Source: Planctomycetota bacterium (GTDB taxonomy: Bacteria; Planctomycetota; Planctomycetia; JALXBF01). Taken from it: a stretch of DNA of 64,000 nt. The stretch lies in contig JALXBF010000033.1 in the NCBI GenBank assembly GCA_026991575.1, forward strand, positions 1-64,000, read 5' to 3'. Below, in pieces: positions 9,044 through 19,416 of this stretch; positions within the stretch are counted from its first letter, which is position 1; each line of letters opens with the position of its first letter. The notes beneath the pieces were generated by a model that searched no databases, had not been told where the DNA came from, and saw only the letters and a program-made list of their open reading frames with translations. The translations under genes were made by a program, and so were the position numbers.

Positions 9044-10761
9044 TCGCGTGCGCCGGACCCGTCGCTGGCCGAGCGGGCGATCAGTTTGCGGGCGCTCTGC
9101 AGCGTGGCGGCTGTGTCGGAGGAGGAGGGCGGCGATTCGAACGGTTCGTCGGGCTGTTGCGGTGGCTGGTAGTGCAACGGGATGGTTACCGTGAAGGTGC
9201 TGCCTGCGCCGACGGTGCTCTCCAGGCTGACGTCGCCGCCCAGCAGCCGCGATAGCTCGCGCACGATGGACAGCCCCAGGCCGGTACCGGGATACTCACG
9301 GGTCAGCAGCGAGTCGCCACGCTGGGTTAAGTGCGTGCCCTGGCGGAACTTCTCGAAGATCCGTTCGCGGTCCTCAGGCGGGATGCCTACGCCGGTGTCT
9401 CGCACAGCAAGCACTAGCTTATCGCCCTCGACCCGCGCGATCACCGTGACCTTGCCTCCCTCGGGAGTGAACTTCACTGCGTTGGACAGCAGGTTGTAGA
9501 GGATCTGCTGGATCTTGGCCGGGTCCTGATATGCCTTGGGCAGTTCCGGCTCCAGCTCCGAGCTGACTTCGATCCGCTTGCGGTCCGCCATGGGGCGGAT
9601 CATACTGATCATGCCGTCAACGATTTCCCCCACCGAAATCCACTCGGGCCGCACTTCCATGCGGTTGCTTTCCATCTTGGCCAGGTCCAGCAGGTCGTTA
9701 ACGATTGCCAGCAGCTGCTTGCCCGCGGTCTGAATGTGCTGGGCAAACCGCCGCTCGCGATCGGAGAGCCGCGAGCTGCTGGCGAGGATTTCGCTGAAGC
9801 CGATCACCGAATTCAGCGGCGTGCGCAGCTCGTGGCTCATCGTGGTCAGGAACTCGCTCTGGCGCCGGTACAGCTCATGGAGCGCCATGTTCGCCTTGGC
9901 CAGTTCGTCGACTTTGGCATCGAGCTCGCGGTTGGCACTGCGTAGCTCCTCCTGCATGACCACCAGATTGCGCAGCATCCGGTTGAACGCGTGGCTTAGT
10001 TCCTCGAACTCGTCGCCGGTCTGGATGTCGGCGCGCACATTGAGTTGGCCGGCGGCGATCTGTTCGCTCACTTCCTTCAGGTGCTTCACGGGTTTGGCGA
10101 TGACGTAGCGCACGATGACCAGGAAGATGACCATGGCGACCAGGGCGGTGAGGGTGGCCATAGCCAGGAGGATGGCGCGATTCTCTTCGATCTCGTCGCT
10201 GGGGGGGAAGCTGATGCTGACGGCGGCCATCAGGTCGCCTTCGTTCGCCAGAGGTTTGACGGCGAGGTTCGGTGGTGGGCCGTGGCAGAGGATGCAGGTC
10301 TTCGTGGCGCGAATGGCGCCGATGTATCGCCGCTGGCTTCCTCCAATGAACAGCTCGTTCGCGCGCCGCTGTCTGCTGAACAGCGCCAGCGCGTTCTTCT
10401 CGAGCTCGGTCTTCGCGGCCAGCTTCTTTGCTTCCTCCTCCGGCCGGGGGGACTCTGGTACGATGACCCGGTACCGGTACCCTTCGACGTGGATGGGCGC
10501 CAGTTCACTCCAGACCTCGTCGATGATCGGCCGAAAGTTCTTATCCGTCTCGAACAGCTCCAGGTGGTGCTTGAAGAAGACGGACCAGACGAGGATGCGC
10601 CCTGTGCTACGGGAGTGTTCGTCAAGCAGGGCCTCGCTCCGCCGCGCGTACCAGTAGAAGCTGCCTGCGATCAATGCCAGGAGGCAAGCGCCGAAGACAT
10701 AGCGGCACTTGCGCTCCAGGCTGGTCTCGCCCAGCAGGTGTTTGAACGTCCGGTACGACAT
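9040..10761 (-). CDS. Membrane sensor histidine kinase with periplasmic c-type heme motif and HAMP domain
   Basis: Two TMs, CILCH, HAMP, SHELRTPL, NLLSNAVKFT, DTGVG, GTGLGL; start could be 10791. Confidence 0.9.
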   Translation of the reverse strand: MSYRTFKHLLGETSLERKCRYVFGACLLALIAGSFYWYARRSEALLDEHSRSTGRILVWSVFFKHHLELFETDKNFRPIIDEVWSELAPIHVEGYRYRVIVPESPRPEEEAKKLAAKTELEKNALALFSRQRRANELFIGGSQRRYIGAIRATKTCILCHGPPPNLAVKPLANEGDLMAAVSISFPPSDEIEENRAILLAMATLTALVAMVIFLVIVRYVIAKPVKHLKEVSEQIAAGQLNVRADIQTGDEFEELSHAFNRMLRNLVVMQEELRSANRELDAKVDELAKANMALHELYRRQSEFLTTMSHELRTPLNSVIGFSEILASSSRLSDRERRFAQHIQTAGKQLLAIVNDLLDLAKMESNRMEVRPEWISVGEIVDGMISMIRPMADRKRIEVSSELEPELPKAYQDPAKIQQILYNLLSNAVKFTPEGGKVTVIARVEGDKLVLAVRDTGVGIPPEDRERIFEKFRQGTHLTQRGDSLLTREYPGTGLGLSIVRELSRLLGGDVSLESTVGAGSTFTVTIPLHYQPPQQPDEPFESPPSSSDTAATLQSARKLIARSASDGSGARD

Positions 10762-10790
10762 GCGGCCATCCGTTCCACTCAGCCAGCCCA

Positions 10791-12869
10791 CTAACCTACG
10801 GCCGCAAGCTGAAGCCGCTGCCCGTAACGGGCCAGCAGCTCACGCCGTAGCGCCGCGTGCTCGGGCCGCCGCAACTGGGGATCAGCCCGCACCAGCTCAA
10901 AAGCGTCCTCTCGGGCCCACTGGACCAATTCCTGGTCACGTGCCAGATTCGCCACGCGCAACTCCGGCAAACCATGCTGCCGCGTGCCGAAGAACTCACC
11001 GGGCCCCCTGAGGCGAAGATCCGCCTCGGCAATCTCAAACCCGTCGGTCGTCGAGGCCAGCACGCGAAGACGTTCGCGAGCTTCCTCGCTCTTCGGCTCG
11101 GCTACCAGAAAACAATATCCCGGATGACTGCCCCGGGCAATGCGACCTCGCAGTTGGTGGAGCTGCGCAAGGCCGAAGCGGCTGGCATCATGGATGACCA
11201 TCACCGTCGCATTGGGCACGTCCACCCCCACTTCCACCACGGCCGTGGCGACCAGCAGATGAAGCTCGCCACGACGAAACTGATCCATGACCGCGTCCTT
11301 CTGAGCCTCACTCATTCGACCATGCACCAGCCCGACGCGGAAATCCCGAAACACGCCCAGCGCCAGCTCCGCCTGTAGCTGCTCAGCCGCCGCCAGCGCC
11401 TCGTCCGTCTCCTCAACCCGCGGGCAGATCACATACGCCTGCCGCCCTTCGGCCAGCTTCTCACGCACAAACGCATAGACTTCGGCCAACTGCTTCGGGC
11501 GCACAATCCGCGTCTCCACCGGCTGGCGCCCCGGCGGCAAGTCACGAATGATGCTGACGTCCAGGTCGCCGAAAACCGTCAGCGTCAGCGTCCGAGGAAT
11601 CGGCGTCGCAGTCATCACGAGATAGTGTGGTTCGCAGCCGGGTTGAGCCATCTGGCGAAAACGCGCCCGCTGGCGGACACCGAACTTGTGCTGCTCATCG
11701 ATCACGACCACGCCAAGCCGGTGAAAAACAACATCCTCCTGGATGATGGCGTGCGTACCCACCACCAGATCAACCTCGCCGTCACGGATCGCCTTCAACA
11801 GCCGCTCGCGTTCAGCACTGCTCAAGCTGCCGGTCAACAACGCGCGGCGCACCCGGCTGTGCGCAAGATACCGCTCCAGCGTCAGCCAGTGCTGACGGGC
11901 GAGCACCTCAGTCGGAGCCATCAACGCAGCCTGGTACCGGTTCGCGACCGCAACCAGCAGCACATAGGTGGCCACAACCGTCTTGCCCGCGCCCACGTCC
12001 CCCTGGACCAGCCGGTGCATGGGCCGAACAGACTGAAGGTCACGCACGGCGTCCGCAATCGCCGCGTTCTGGCCCGCGGTAAACGAGAACGGAAACAGGC
12101 GGCGAATGCGGCGATCGATTTCCTCCGTGACCCGCAGCGGCGGAGCACGACGTTCCCGGTCCATCTGGTGCCGGAGCACCGCAAAGGCAAGCTGGAAGAT
12201 CAGCAGTTCCTCGTAAGCCAACCGCCGCCGAGCCTGTTCGGCAGCCTCCAGCGACGGCGGAAAATGGACCTCACGCACCGCTTGGCCAGCAGGCGGCAAA
12301 CCGCGTTTGAGCAGGAGCTGGCGGGGCACAATCTCCGGCCACTGATCCGCACACTGGGCCAGAGCATGCTTCATGATGCGACGGAGCTCCTGCACGCGCA
12401 GGTCCTGCGTAAGCGGATAGACTGGCAGGAACGGGTCGGTGGGCAGCTCCCGGTCGATGCCAACAATCTGCGGATGCTTCATCTGGAGCTCATGACGGTA
12501 CCGTTCGACCTTGCCCGCGCAGATGATGCTCTGGCCCGGTTTCAGCCGTTCACCAATCTGCTCATAGTTGAACCAGATCAAATGGATGACGCCGGTCTTG
12601 TCCGAGACCCCCACGGTGACAATCTTCAGCCGGTCGTTCCCAACACTGCGCCGTTCGATGAAGAGAATGCGGCCCGCGATGACTGCCCACCGGTCCGGTA
12701 CCAGGTCCTGAATGGGCTGGATACGGCTGACATCCTCGTAGGATCGGGGCAAATGCAGCAGCAGGTCACGGACGGTGACGATGCCCAGTCGCCGCAGGAG
12801 AGCTGCCCGCCGCGGTCCGACACCCTTCAGATACTGAACGTCGCTCTCCAGATGTGTCGTCCCCGCCAT
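10791..12869 (-). CDS. recG: ATP-dependent DNA helicase RecG
   Basis: LKGVGP, QGDVGAGKT, DEQH, MTATPIPRT, QLHQLRGR, DLRLRGPGEFFGTRQHG; start approximate. Confidence 0.95.
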   Translation of the reverse strand: MAGTTHLESDVQYLKGVGPRRAALLRRLGIVTVRDLLLHLPRSYEDVSRIQPIQDLVPDRWAVIAGRILFIERRSVGNDRLKIVTVGVSDKTGVIHLIWFNYEQIGERLKPGQSIICAGKVERYRHELQMKHPQIVGIDRELPTDPFLPVYPLTQDLRVQELRRIMKHALAQCADQWPEIVPRQLLLKRGLPPAGQAVREVHFPPSLEAAEQARRRLAYEELLIFQLAFAVLRHQMDRERRAPPLRVTEEIDRRIRRLFPFSFTAGQNAAIADAVRDLQSVRPMHRLVQGDVGAGKTVVATYVLLVAVANRYQAALMAPTEVLARQHWLTLERYLAHSRVRRALLTGSLSSAERERLLKAIRDGEVDLVVGTHAIIQEDVVFHRLGVVVIDEQHKFGVRQRARFRQMAQPGCEPHYLVMTATPIPRTLTLTVFGDLDVSIIRDLPPGRQPVETRIVRPKQLAEVYAFVREKLAEGRQAYVICPRVEETDEALAAAEQLQAELALGVFRDFRVGLVHGRMSEAQKDAVMDQFRRGELHLLVATAVVEVGVDVPNATVMVIHDASRFGLAQLHQLRGRIARGSHPGYCFLVAEPKSEEARERLRVLASTTDGFEIAEADLRLRGPGEFFGTRQHGLPELRVANLARDQELVQWAREDAFELVRADPQLRRPEHAALRRELLARYGQRLQLAAVG

Positions 12870-13536
12870 TACGGCCTCAGCATGCATGGTGCCCGATGCT
12901 CCCACGCCCACCGAATTCTAGCGGCACGGCTGTCGGTTCCATGGGCAACCGGCCCTGGGGCGGGCACCCGTGAGCTACGGTTCAGGATCGGCAGGGGCGC
13001 ACCAGTGGCGACAGCCACGCCCCACGGCTCCGAGCCATGGGACCCGGCAGCCACCGCAGCGCGTCCCGGGCGGGTCAGCGAACCGAACGCACCGAGCCAG
13101 CGCCGAGCGTCGAGGGGATGTCCAGCAGCAAGAAGGTGGACTGCATCACGCTGCCAATGCTGCCCTTCCATGAGCCCGGGCGTGTCATCCGGTCAACCAA
13201 TCTGTCGTGGCTCTTCACAGTCGCGACCGGCGGTGCCTCTGTTCCGTAGGTAGTTGCGCTTCCAGGATGCAGGGGACGGGAACAGGGCGACGATGCACAT
13301 CGATACCACGTCTTACCGATTGAGGCCTACGTGTGACCGCCGTCGGTCATGCAAGAAGGCCGGGTGCGCGGCGATCTGGATAGCGCGGGTTGGCCGATGG
13401 TCCGGCGTACGGGATTTCGCGACCACGACAATCGGGATACAGCGTAACCCGGGGGGAGGCCTGGTCGGCAACGCCGAGGGCAGATGGGCACGATTGGGCG
13501 GGTGAGCGGTGGGCAAGTTCCGCATGGTCGCGACAG

Positions 13537-15081
13537 CTAGCGCCGGGTTGAGGCGTCCTCGTGCGGTGGCTCGCAGGTTTGCTTCAAGAGCTGCTCGACG
13601 GCTTGATCCAACGGCACAGGACGCCAGAACCCACGTTCATGCGTGGCCAGGCCAAGACGTTCCAGCTTCTCCAGCGCATCGCCCACTTCAAAATCCGCCC
13701 GCACGTTGAACCGCTCCAAGAGGAACTGTTCACACTGGACGTCCAGCTCCCTCTGGGTCGCTTCCCCGGCCAGCGCGAGAAACGCATACGCAAGCAATGC
13801 TTCCTTGTATTCCTGTTCCACCACGCAGTCCACCAAATAGAGAATGACGCCAAGGTCGTTGTCGCGGTGCTTCGAGTAGAGGGCGTCGGTGAGCAGGAGC
13901 ATGTACCGGTCCTTGGACACCTTGAACTGGAAGACGATCTTTGAGCCGTAGCCGGCCAACGAGACCAGCGTCATCAACAACACTACGGGGTTCAATAAGC
14001 TCGTCAACATCTTCATGGCCACGGCCACCAGGCCAGCCACGCCGGTGACGGTCAGTTTCACCAGATCCAGTGGCCGCATGGAGATCTTCTTGGCTGGGAA
14101 AATCACTTCCAGGTCGGACAGCGGAATGTCACGGTAGGCTCGGATCTGAAGAGGCTCCCGGGGCTGGCCGCCGTTGCTCCGCTGGCGACGGGCACGCTTC
14201 TCGGGAAGTAGCCGATACAGCAGGACGACTTCCTGGAACGAGGGCTCAACGATCGTGGTCTTGCGGAACAGGTTCTGGAGCCCGTAGCCGGCGGTACGCA
14301 GCGTTACCCGCCGCTTGCTGATCAGACCGTGGATCGACGAGTATGCGGTCCAGGCACGGTACGGTTCGTGGTGAGGATGTTCGGAGACAGCCTCGTGTGA
14401 GCCGGACGAGTGCCGCTGGCGGAACAGTCGCAGCGGCAGGCTGAGCAGACGGCCCAGCGTAACGAGCACGTCGCCCACGAGCAGATCGATTTTCTGCAGG
14501 ATGAACCGCCCCGTTTCCCGCTCCTCGCCCACGCCTCGAAAGAAAATCAGCATCCGGTCGCGTTGTGGTCCCTCCGGCAAACAGTCGCGCCACTCGGGGT
14601 GTTTCGCATAGAAGCGTTGCAGAAATCCGCCGTCCAGCCGATCCCAGTCGATCCGTAGTGGCAACATATAGAGGAAGTCATCGCGCTCGGCTTCAGTGAT
14701 CTGCTGGTAGGCCACTGGCCGGAAGTTTGCCCGTCGGAGGACTTGAAGGAAGTGGTCCAGAAACTCGTCCTCGGCGTCCTCTTTGCCATCCTGGTCATGC
14801 CACCAGTGGTCCGAGTCGGCGTGAATGTGGGACCAGCTTGCCTTCAGCCGCTCGGTCACCTGCCACATCTCCTGCGCGAAGCAGGTGCGTAGCAGGTAAC
14901 AGAATTGGGCCCACCTGCCTTCCGCGGAAATGATCCCGTCCTCGCAGAGGGCCCGGCGCAGCGCGAGTGCCGGTACCGGCAGGTAATGACCCGGAGCGAA
15001 CAGGATCCCGTCGGGCGAGGAATAGTAGGTCGCGTCGTCGGGGATCGCTTGTGTCGGTGCCTTCTCAGTCAGTTCGCTCAT
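13537..15081 (-). CDS. DUF3754/TMEM143-family membrane protein
   Basis: YRDIPLSDLEVIFP, two TMs, EQEYKEALLAY, DFEVGDALEKLERLGL. Confidence 0.75.
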   Translation of the reverse strand: MSELTEKAPTQAIPDDATYYSSPDGILFAPGHYLPVPALALRRALCEDGIISAEGRWAQFCYLLRTCFAQEMWQVTERLKASWSHIHADSDHWWHDQDGKEDAEDEFLDHFLQVLRRANFRPVAYQQITEAERDDFLYMLPLRIDWDRLDGGFLQRFYAKHPEWRDCLPEGPQRDRMLIFFRGVGEERETGRFILQKIDLLVGDVLVTLGRLLSLPLRLFRQRHSSGSHEAVSEHPHHEPYRAWTAYSSIHGLISKRRVTLRTAGYGLQNLFRKTTIVEPSFQEVVLLYRLLPEKRARRQRSNGGQPREPLQIRAYRDIPLSDLEVIFPAKKISMRPLDLVKLTVTGVAGLVAVAMKMLTSLLNPVVLLMTLVSLAGYGSKIVFQFKVSKDRYMLLLTDALYSKHRDNDLGVILYLVDCVVEQEYKEALLAYAFLALAGEATQRELDVQCEQFLLERFNVRADFEVGDALEKLERLGLATHERGFWRPVPLDQAVEQLLKQTCEPPHEDASTRR

Positions 15082-15572
15082 CGGGTCCCCTGCGCCTCTC
15101 CAAGCTCGCCAGCCGACCCCTGCACCCGGTATTCTAGTTCGCGACAAAAGTCCTCGGGGATTGCCGGCGAGAGGCGAACGGGGAGGACCGGAGCGATGCC
15201 CAGGACCGGCAACCGTGGCAGCCGATAGCGTAGGACGACGGTGTCGTTGGAGAACGCAAAGTTCACCCCCGGTCCGAAGAGGGACCCGTGCCTCGTGGCC
15301 GACACGATGCGGTCATAGCGAAGCCGAACGCGGAACGGCGGGCAGACGATGAGCAGATCATCGTCGCGCAGCTCGTAAAAGGTGACGAACGGCAGGAGGA
15401 GTACCCACGCGGCCGCTGCCACAAGCAGCACGGCTGCTAGGTATGCCCCGATATCGGCAGGTGGCCAGACTGCCGACAGTATCAGCGCAGCGCACAGCGC
15501 CATGGTGGCGCTGAGGGCTCCGAGCACCCAGACGACCCACCGATCGGCTTTTGCCACGTAGCGGTCCGTCAA
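15078..15572 (-). CDS. Bacterial PH-domain membrane protein
   Basis: Two N-terminal TMs, YELRDDDLLI..RLRYDRI, LSPA..EDF; 4-nt overlaps with both neighbours. Confidence 0.7.
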   Translation of the reverse strand: MTDRYVAKADRWVVWVLGALSATMALCAALILSAVWPPADIGAYLAAVLLVAAAAWVLLLPFVTFYELRDDDLLIVCPPFRVRLRYDRIVSATRHGSLFGPGVNFAFSNDTVVLRYRLPRLPVLGIAPVLPVRLSPAIPEDFCRELEYRVQGSAGELGEAQGTR

Positions 15573-17005
15573 AACAGACTGCTCCGCGTCAGGAACGGCT
15601 CCTTGCGCGCTCGCCGATATACCTCGCGCCAGTGTTCCGTGCCGTCGTCGGGCACGAGCCGCGTCGTCACGCCGCGCTCGAAGTACGGCATCTTTCCTCG
15701 CTGGGCGAGCGTCAGCATGAAGTTCACCGCTCCCGTGTTGGCTATGTACATTCGCCGCCCGTCAGGCCAGCTTACCTCAATCAGACGCGGCGGTTCCGGA
15801 CGGCGCGGCGGCCGAGGCACGCGGAACCGGTCGATGACCGATGGATCGAGCGTGTAGCCCAGACCGGGGCCGTCCGGAACCGGTGCCATGCCTCGTCGCA
15901 CCGGGATCGGCCGGTCCAGTAGCTGGTGGACATACAACTGGTGGCAGTTGACCGCAGGCCACGTGGCGTGCGACAACACAGCCCCGAAGTGCAACGAGAA
16001 TGCGGCGGTCACGCCCGTCCCGACCAACTGCAACCAGAACGGCTTGTCGGCGATGGCGGCGACGTGTCCGGCTGCCAGCACCTGAGCCGCGCTCCCGCTG
16101 ACTACAAAACCGTCGCAGACGTCTTCGCGCAGCGCCACCAGCGGTGCGGGATTGCCGTAGTGCATGGCGATAGGCGTGCGGACCGCTGCCTTGATTCGTT
16201 TGTTTCCTGCCACATCTCCCTGTGGAATCGGTGTCTCGTAGATTCCCACCTGCGGGTACTGTTCCAGCTCCTTGAGGATCGGGATGGCGCGGTCGGCATC
16301 GAGCAGGGTGTCGTTGAAGTCGAGGTCGACTTTGAATTCTGCCGGCAGCGCCCGCGCGATCTGCTCCACCTGGGCCCACACGTCAAACCAGGGCCGCCCC
16401 TTCGTCTTGTACGCCAGGTAGCCGGACCGATACGCTTCTTTGCACTCGGCCACCATGTCCTCCGGCGGCATGTCGATATTCCACCACGACAGCGGCGTTT
16501 CGCGATGCACTTGCCGCCCCAGCAGGCGGTGGACAGGCACTTCCAGCGTGCGTGCCACCGCGTCGAACAAGGCCATCTGGAGCCCGGCACCGAGCGAGCG
16601 ATCCCAGAGGTACTCAGCGGCATTCTTTCCCAGCACCCGCCGGACGGCGGCCTCGGACGGCACACCCCAGGTGTAGAACAGTAGCGTCTCCCCGAGTCCG
16701 GTGACCCCACTGGCGAGTTTCACAAAACACAGCTCCGTGTATTGCCAGTGGGGAATCTCCCGAGCCATCGCGCGGGCGGGGACCGGCCGGAAGGGCACTT
16801 TCAGCGTGACCCGGTCGACATTGACGACGGTCAGGTGGCGGGAATGGCGGGCCAGGGCGCGGCGCAGCCACCAGTCCGAATAAGCGGCCGCTCCGACCAT
16901 GCAGCCCGTAAGCCAGCGGAGAAAGCGACGTCGTGTGGGCAGGGCGGAACGAGAGGAGTTCGCGTGAGGCTGTCGCATGGCGTTGTGCTCCGCAGCCTGC
17001 TGCAT
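15569..17005 (-). CDS. Mandelate racemase/muconate-lactonizing (enolase superfamily) protein with Tat signal
   Basis: RRRFL motif, GLGET, MALFDA..PVHRLLG, KTK, LDFN, YETP, PDGPGLG; TGATG coupling to yidD. Confidence 0.85.
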   Translation of the reverse strand: MQQAAEHNAMRQPHANSSRSALPTRRRFLRWLTGCMVGAAAYSDWWLRRALARHSRHLTVVNVDRVTLKVPFRPVPARAMAREIPHWQYTELCFVKLASGVTGLGETLLFYTWGVPSEAAVRRVLGKNAAEYLWDRSLGAGLQMALFDAVARTLEVPVHRLLGRQVHRETPLSWWNIDMPPEDMVAECKEAYRSGYLAYKTKGRPWFDVWAQVEQIARALPAEFKVDLDFNDTLLDADRAIPILKELEQYPQVGIYETPIPQGDVAGNKRIKAAVRTPIAMHYGNPAPLVALREDVCDGFVVSGSAAQVLAAGHVAAIADKPFWLQLVGTGVTAAFSLHFGAVLSHATWPAVNCHQLYVHQLLDRPIPVRRGMAPVPDGPGLGYTLDPSVIDRFRVPRPPRRPEPPRLIEVSWPDGRRMYIANTGAVNFMLTLAQRGKMPYFERGVTTRLVPDDGTEHWREVYRRARKEPFLTRSSLF

Positions 17006-17316
17006 CAGGGTGGGTCTACGCCCCCGGGATGGAAGGGATGGCAGCGGGAGAGCCGGCGCACCGTCTTGGCCAGGCCCCGCACCGTGCCGTACCGTTTCAC
17101 CGCCTGCAAGCAGTACTCGCTGCAGGAGGGAATGAAGCGGCACTGCCCCCCCAGAAGCCAGCCGAGCGTCAGGCGGTAGGCGTACACCGCGGCGATGACC
17201 AAACAGACCCCTACGCGGTCCAGTGCGCGTAGGGCCCGTGAGAACGAGTACCGCGAGCCGGTTCCCGGGCCAGGTTCGCCCGACGCTGCATATTGTGTGT
17301 GGTTGTGCGCGGTCAT
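17005..17316 (-). CDS. yidD: Membrane protein insertion efficiency factor YidD
   Basis: CRFIPSCSEYCLQAVKRYG...RLSRCHPFHPGGVDPP. Confidence 0.92.
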   Translation of the reverse strand: MTAHNHTQYAASGEPGPGTGSRYSFSRALRALDRVGVCLVIAAVYAYRLTLGWLLGGQCRFIPSCSEYCLQAVKRYGTVRGLAKTVRRLSRCHPFHPGGVDPP

Positions 17317-17880
17317 GACTCGGCAGCTGGCCAGACCAGCTTCATGATACCGCAGCCGATCGCACCACGTGGCCCGCGTTGGGCCCCGCCGCGTCCAACG
17401 GGACAAGCTTCGCTAGCCAGAGCCACTGGGAGGTGTCGGTTCAGCTTTTGCGCGGCTGCAGTACGTCCACAGGTCTGGATCGGCCCAGGCACCCTCCGCG
17501 CAGAGGCCCAGCTCGTGACGATCTGAGTCCACAGCGTGTTCCGAGGCACCCGGAGCAAGAGCTGAAACGGCCCCCACCGTTCTCCCGTCGATGGTGTCGA
17601 AGGCGAAGCGATCGTAGCCCGTTGGCTGCAGGTGATCCAATGGCGGGCTGAGGGTATACTTGCCTTGGGAGCTAGTCTGGCTCTAGCGCAATCTCAGTAC
17701 GTCTGATCGTCTCGATCGGGCCCCGTTTTGCCTGACGAATCCTGGATACCGGCCTGGCCACCCACTCGCGGGGAGCCGATCTGGACAGGCCCTCAGCCCA
17801 GGGCGTGTTGGGACGGAGGCGACGCAAGCAGCTGAATTGAGCTCGCCTCCGCTTGGCTCAGTGCGTGGAGACCCGAGGCG

Positions 17881-18696
17881 GTGACTGGGACAATTCCCAC
17901 GCCGATCAATCCTGGCCGTCAGGACGGCGACCCGCAGGGAGCGCCCGTCTCGCCGCCGGAGCGCCACTACGCGAAACCACCCCTGGTGGAAGTCCTGTGC
18001 GAACTGCATTTCAAGGGATCCAAGTGGGAGGCGACCGTTGCTGGACAGTTTTACGACAGAGTCAAGGAACGCTTCCCCGCCAAGCGAGAGGATGAACGAT
18101 ACCGGATCAGCTTCGGTTCAGGTTCCTACTCTGTAAGAGCCGAGATTGGGCGGCTTCCTCCAGTGATCCGGTTCGCGTCGGAGGATGGTCGACGGGTACT
18201 CCAAATAGCCCCAGACCTGTTGGTGGTGAACCAACTAGCCCCATACCCTGGCTTCGAAGCGTGGGAACCAGACATTTTCCTTGCGTTCAGGATCTTCCGC
18301 GAGCTGGCCCAGCCTGCAGAGGTCGCGTGGCTTGCCCTGCGTTACATCAACCAGATCATTGTTCCCGGCCCGGTAGACCGAATCAAAGAGTATTTCACCA
18401 TGTATCCACAGCTGCCCCAGACATTGGGCCGGGACACGCGACAATTTCTTTTGCGGGTCGAACTCGCCAGCTCGAGTCCTGAGCACCGATTCTTCATGGC
18501 CTTGGCAACGTGCGCAGTCGGCGAGGCCGATCAGGAAAGCTTCACTCTGGAATTGCACGATGTTGTGGAAAACGTGAACGCCCTCGATGAAGAGCGGATT
18601 AGGTGCCTCGTCCGCCAGGCTCATGCCAACATCGTGTGGGCGTTTGAGTCGGCGATAACGGACCGCTTACGCGAAGTTCTTGGAGTCCAAGACTAA
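17881..18696 (+). CDS. TIGR04255 family protein
   Basis: YAKPPLVEVLCELHF, NQLAPYPGFE, LRYINQI, C-terminal H..I..AFESAIT. Confidence 0.8.
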   Translation: MTGTIPTPINPGRQDGDPQGAPVSPPERHYAKPPLVEVLCELHFKGSKWEATVAGQFYDRVKERFPAKREDERYRISFGSGSYSVRAEIGRLPPVIRFASEDGRRVLQIAPDLLVVNQLAPYPGFEAWEPDIFLAFRIFRELAQPAEVAWLALRYINQIIVPGPVDRIKEYFTMYPQLPQTLGRDTRQFLLRVELASSSPEHRFFMALATCAVGEADQESFTLELHDVVENVNALDEERIRCLVRQAHANIVWAFESAITDRLREVLGVQD

Positions 18697-18965
18697 TGCC
18701 GCAGGTGCTGAAGCCAGCTTCTAATCCGAGTCAACCCAGCGGCATGGAACCAAGCTACGAGTTGGTGGTGAGCGAGGACGCCGTGCGTCACATCGTGAAG
18801 CTCGTGCTGCTGACCAGCACGCGCCTCGCCATCAGCTGCCAGGCGACGGACACGCCGCTGAGAGCAAGGATCACCCGGTTAAAAGGTCTGGGGCGCGAGG
18901 TCTGGCAGGACGTGGACGTGATGAGTTATCTGACCGAACTGAGAGATGCGTGGGAACGACGTTGA
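18696..18965 (+). CDS. Putative antitoxin (small protein upstream of PIN toxin)
   Basis: C-terminus LKGLGREVWQDVDVMSYLTELRDAW resembles small partners of PIN toxins; TAATG overlap with upstream gene. Confidence 0.6.
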   Translation: MPQVLKPASNPSQPSGMEPSYELVVSEDAVRHIVKLVLLTSTRLAISCQATDTPLRARITRLKGLGREVWQDVDVMSYLTELRDAWERR

Positions 18966-19416
18966 GTGGCTTCGGCCAAACGAGACCGTGTGCATCGACA
19001 CATCTCCTTTGATCTACTTCATCCAGGAGAACGAGCGGTACCTGCCCGTCGTGGAACCGGTATTCCGCATGGCCGAAGACGGCTACATTCAGATTGTTAC
19101 GTCGGTGATTACTCTGCTTGAAGTTCTCGTCTGGCCCTTGGAACAGAACCGCCAGGACCTCGCAGAACAGTACGCACAAATCCTCAGCTCCAACCCCGCC
19201 ATTCGGCTCGTCCCCGTCGACGCGACCGTTGCGGCGCTTGCCGCCGAGCTCCGGGCGATGCACAGACTGCGGGTTCCGGACGCCGTACAGCTCGCGACCG
19301 CCCTCCATCAGCAGGCTGACGTGTTCCTGACAAATGACCGGGATTTCCTCCGAGTCGATCCTCCACTTGACGTCGTGCTCGTGAGCAATCCGCTCCGGAA
19401 CGTGGGGCCAGGGTGA
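18946..19416 (+). CDS. vapC: PIN-domain (VapC-like) ribonuclease toxin
   Basis: IDTSPLIY, SVITLLEVLV, DAVQLATA, FLTND. Confidence 0.88.
   Translation: MRGNDVEWLRPNETVCIDTSPLIYFIQENERYLPVVEPVFRMAEDGYIQIVTSVITLLEVLVWPLEQNRQDLAEQYAQILSSNPAIRLVPVDATVAALAAELRAMHRLRVPDAVQLATALHQQADVFLTNDRDFLRVDPPLDVVLVSNPLRNVGPG

Noticed and set aside
11625..13253. 542-aa plus-strand ORF, and similar long ORFs at 6603-7958, 40797-42143, 30676-31839 and 26955-28085
   Set aside because: Antisense shadows of recG, the YTV gene, ftsH and other well-supported genes; expected in high-GC DNA
12920..13530. Possible IS110 relic on the minus strand (HVGLNR*DVVSMCIV...RDAVHLL)
   Set aside because: Similarity too faint to support without a search
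17413..17640. 75-aa ORF faintly like DUF2442, and CTAG(A)GCCAGA motifs near 17412, 17670 and 20606
   Set aside because: Key residues missing; motifs too short to define element ends
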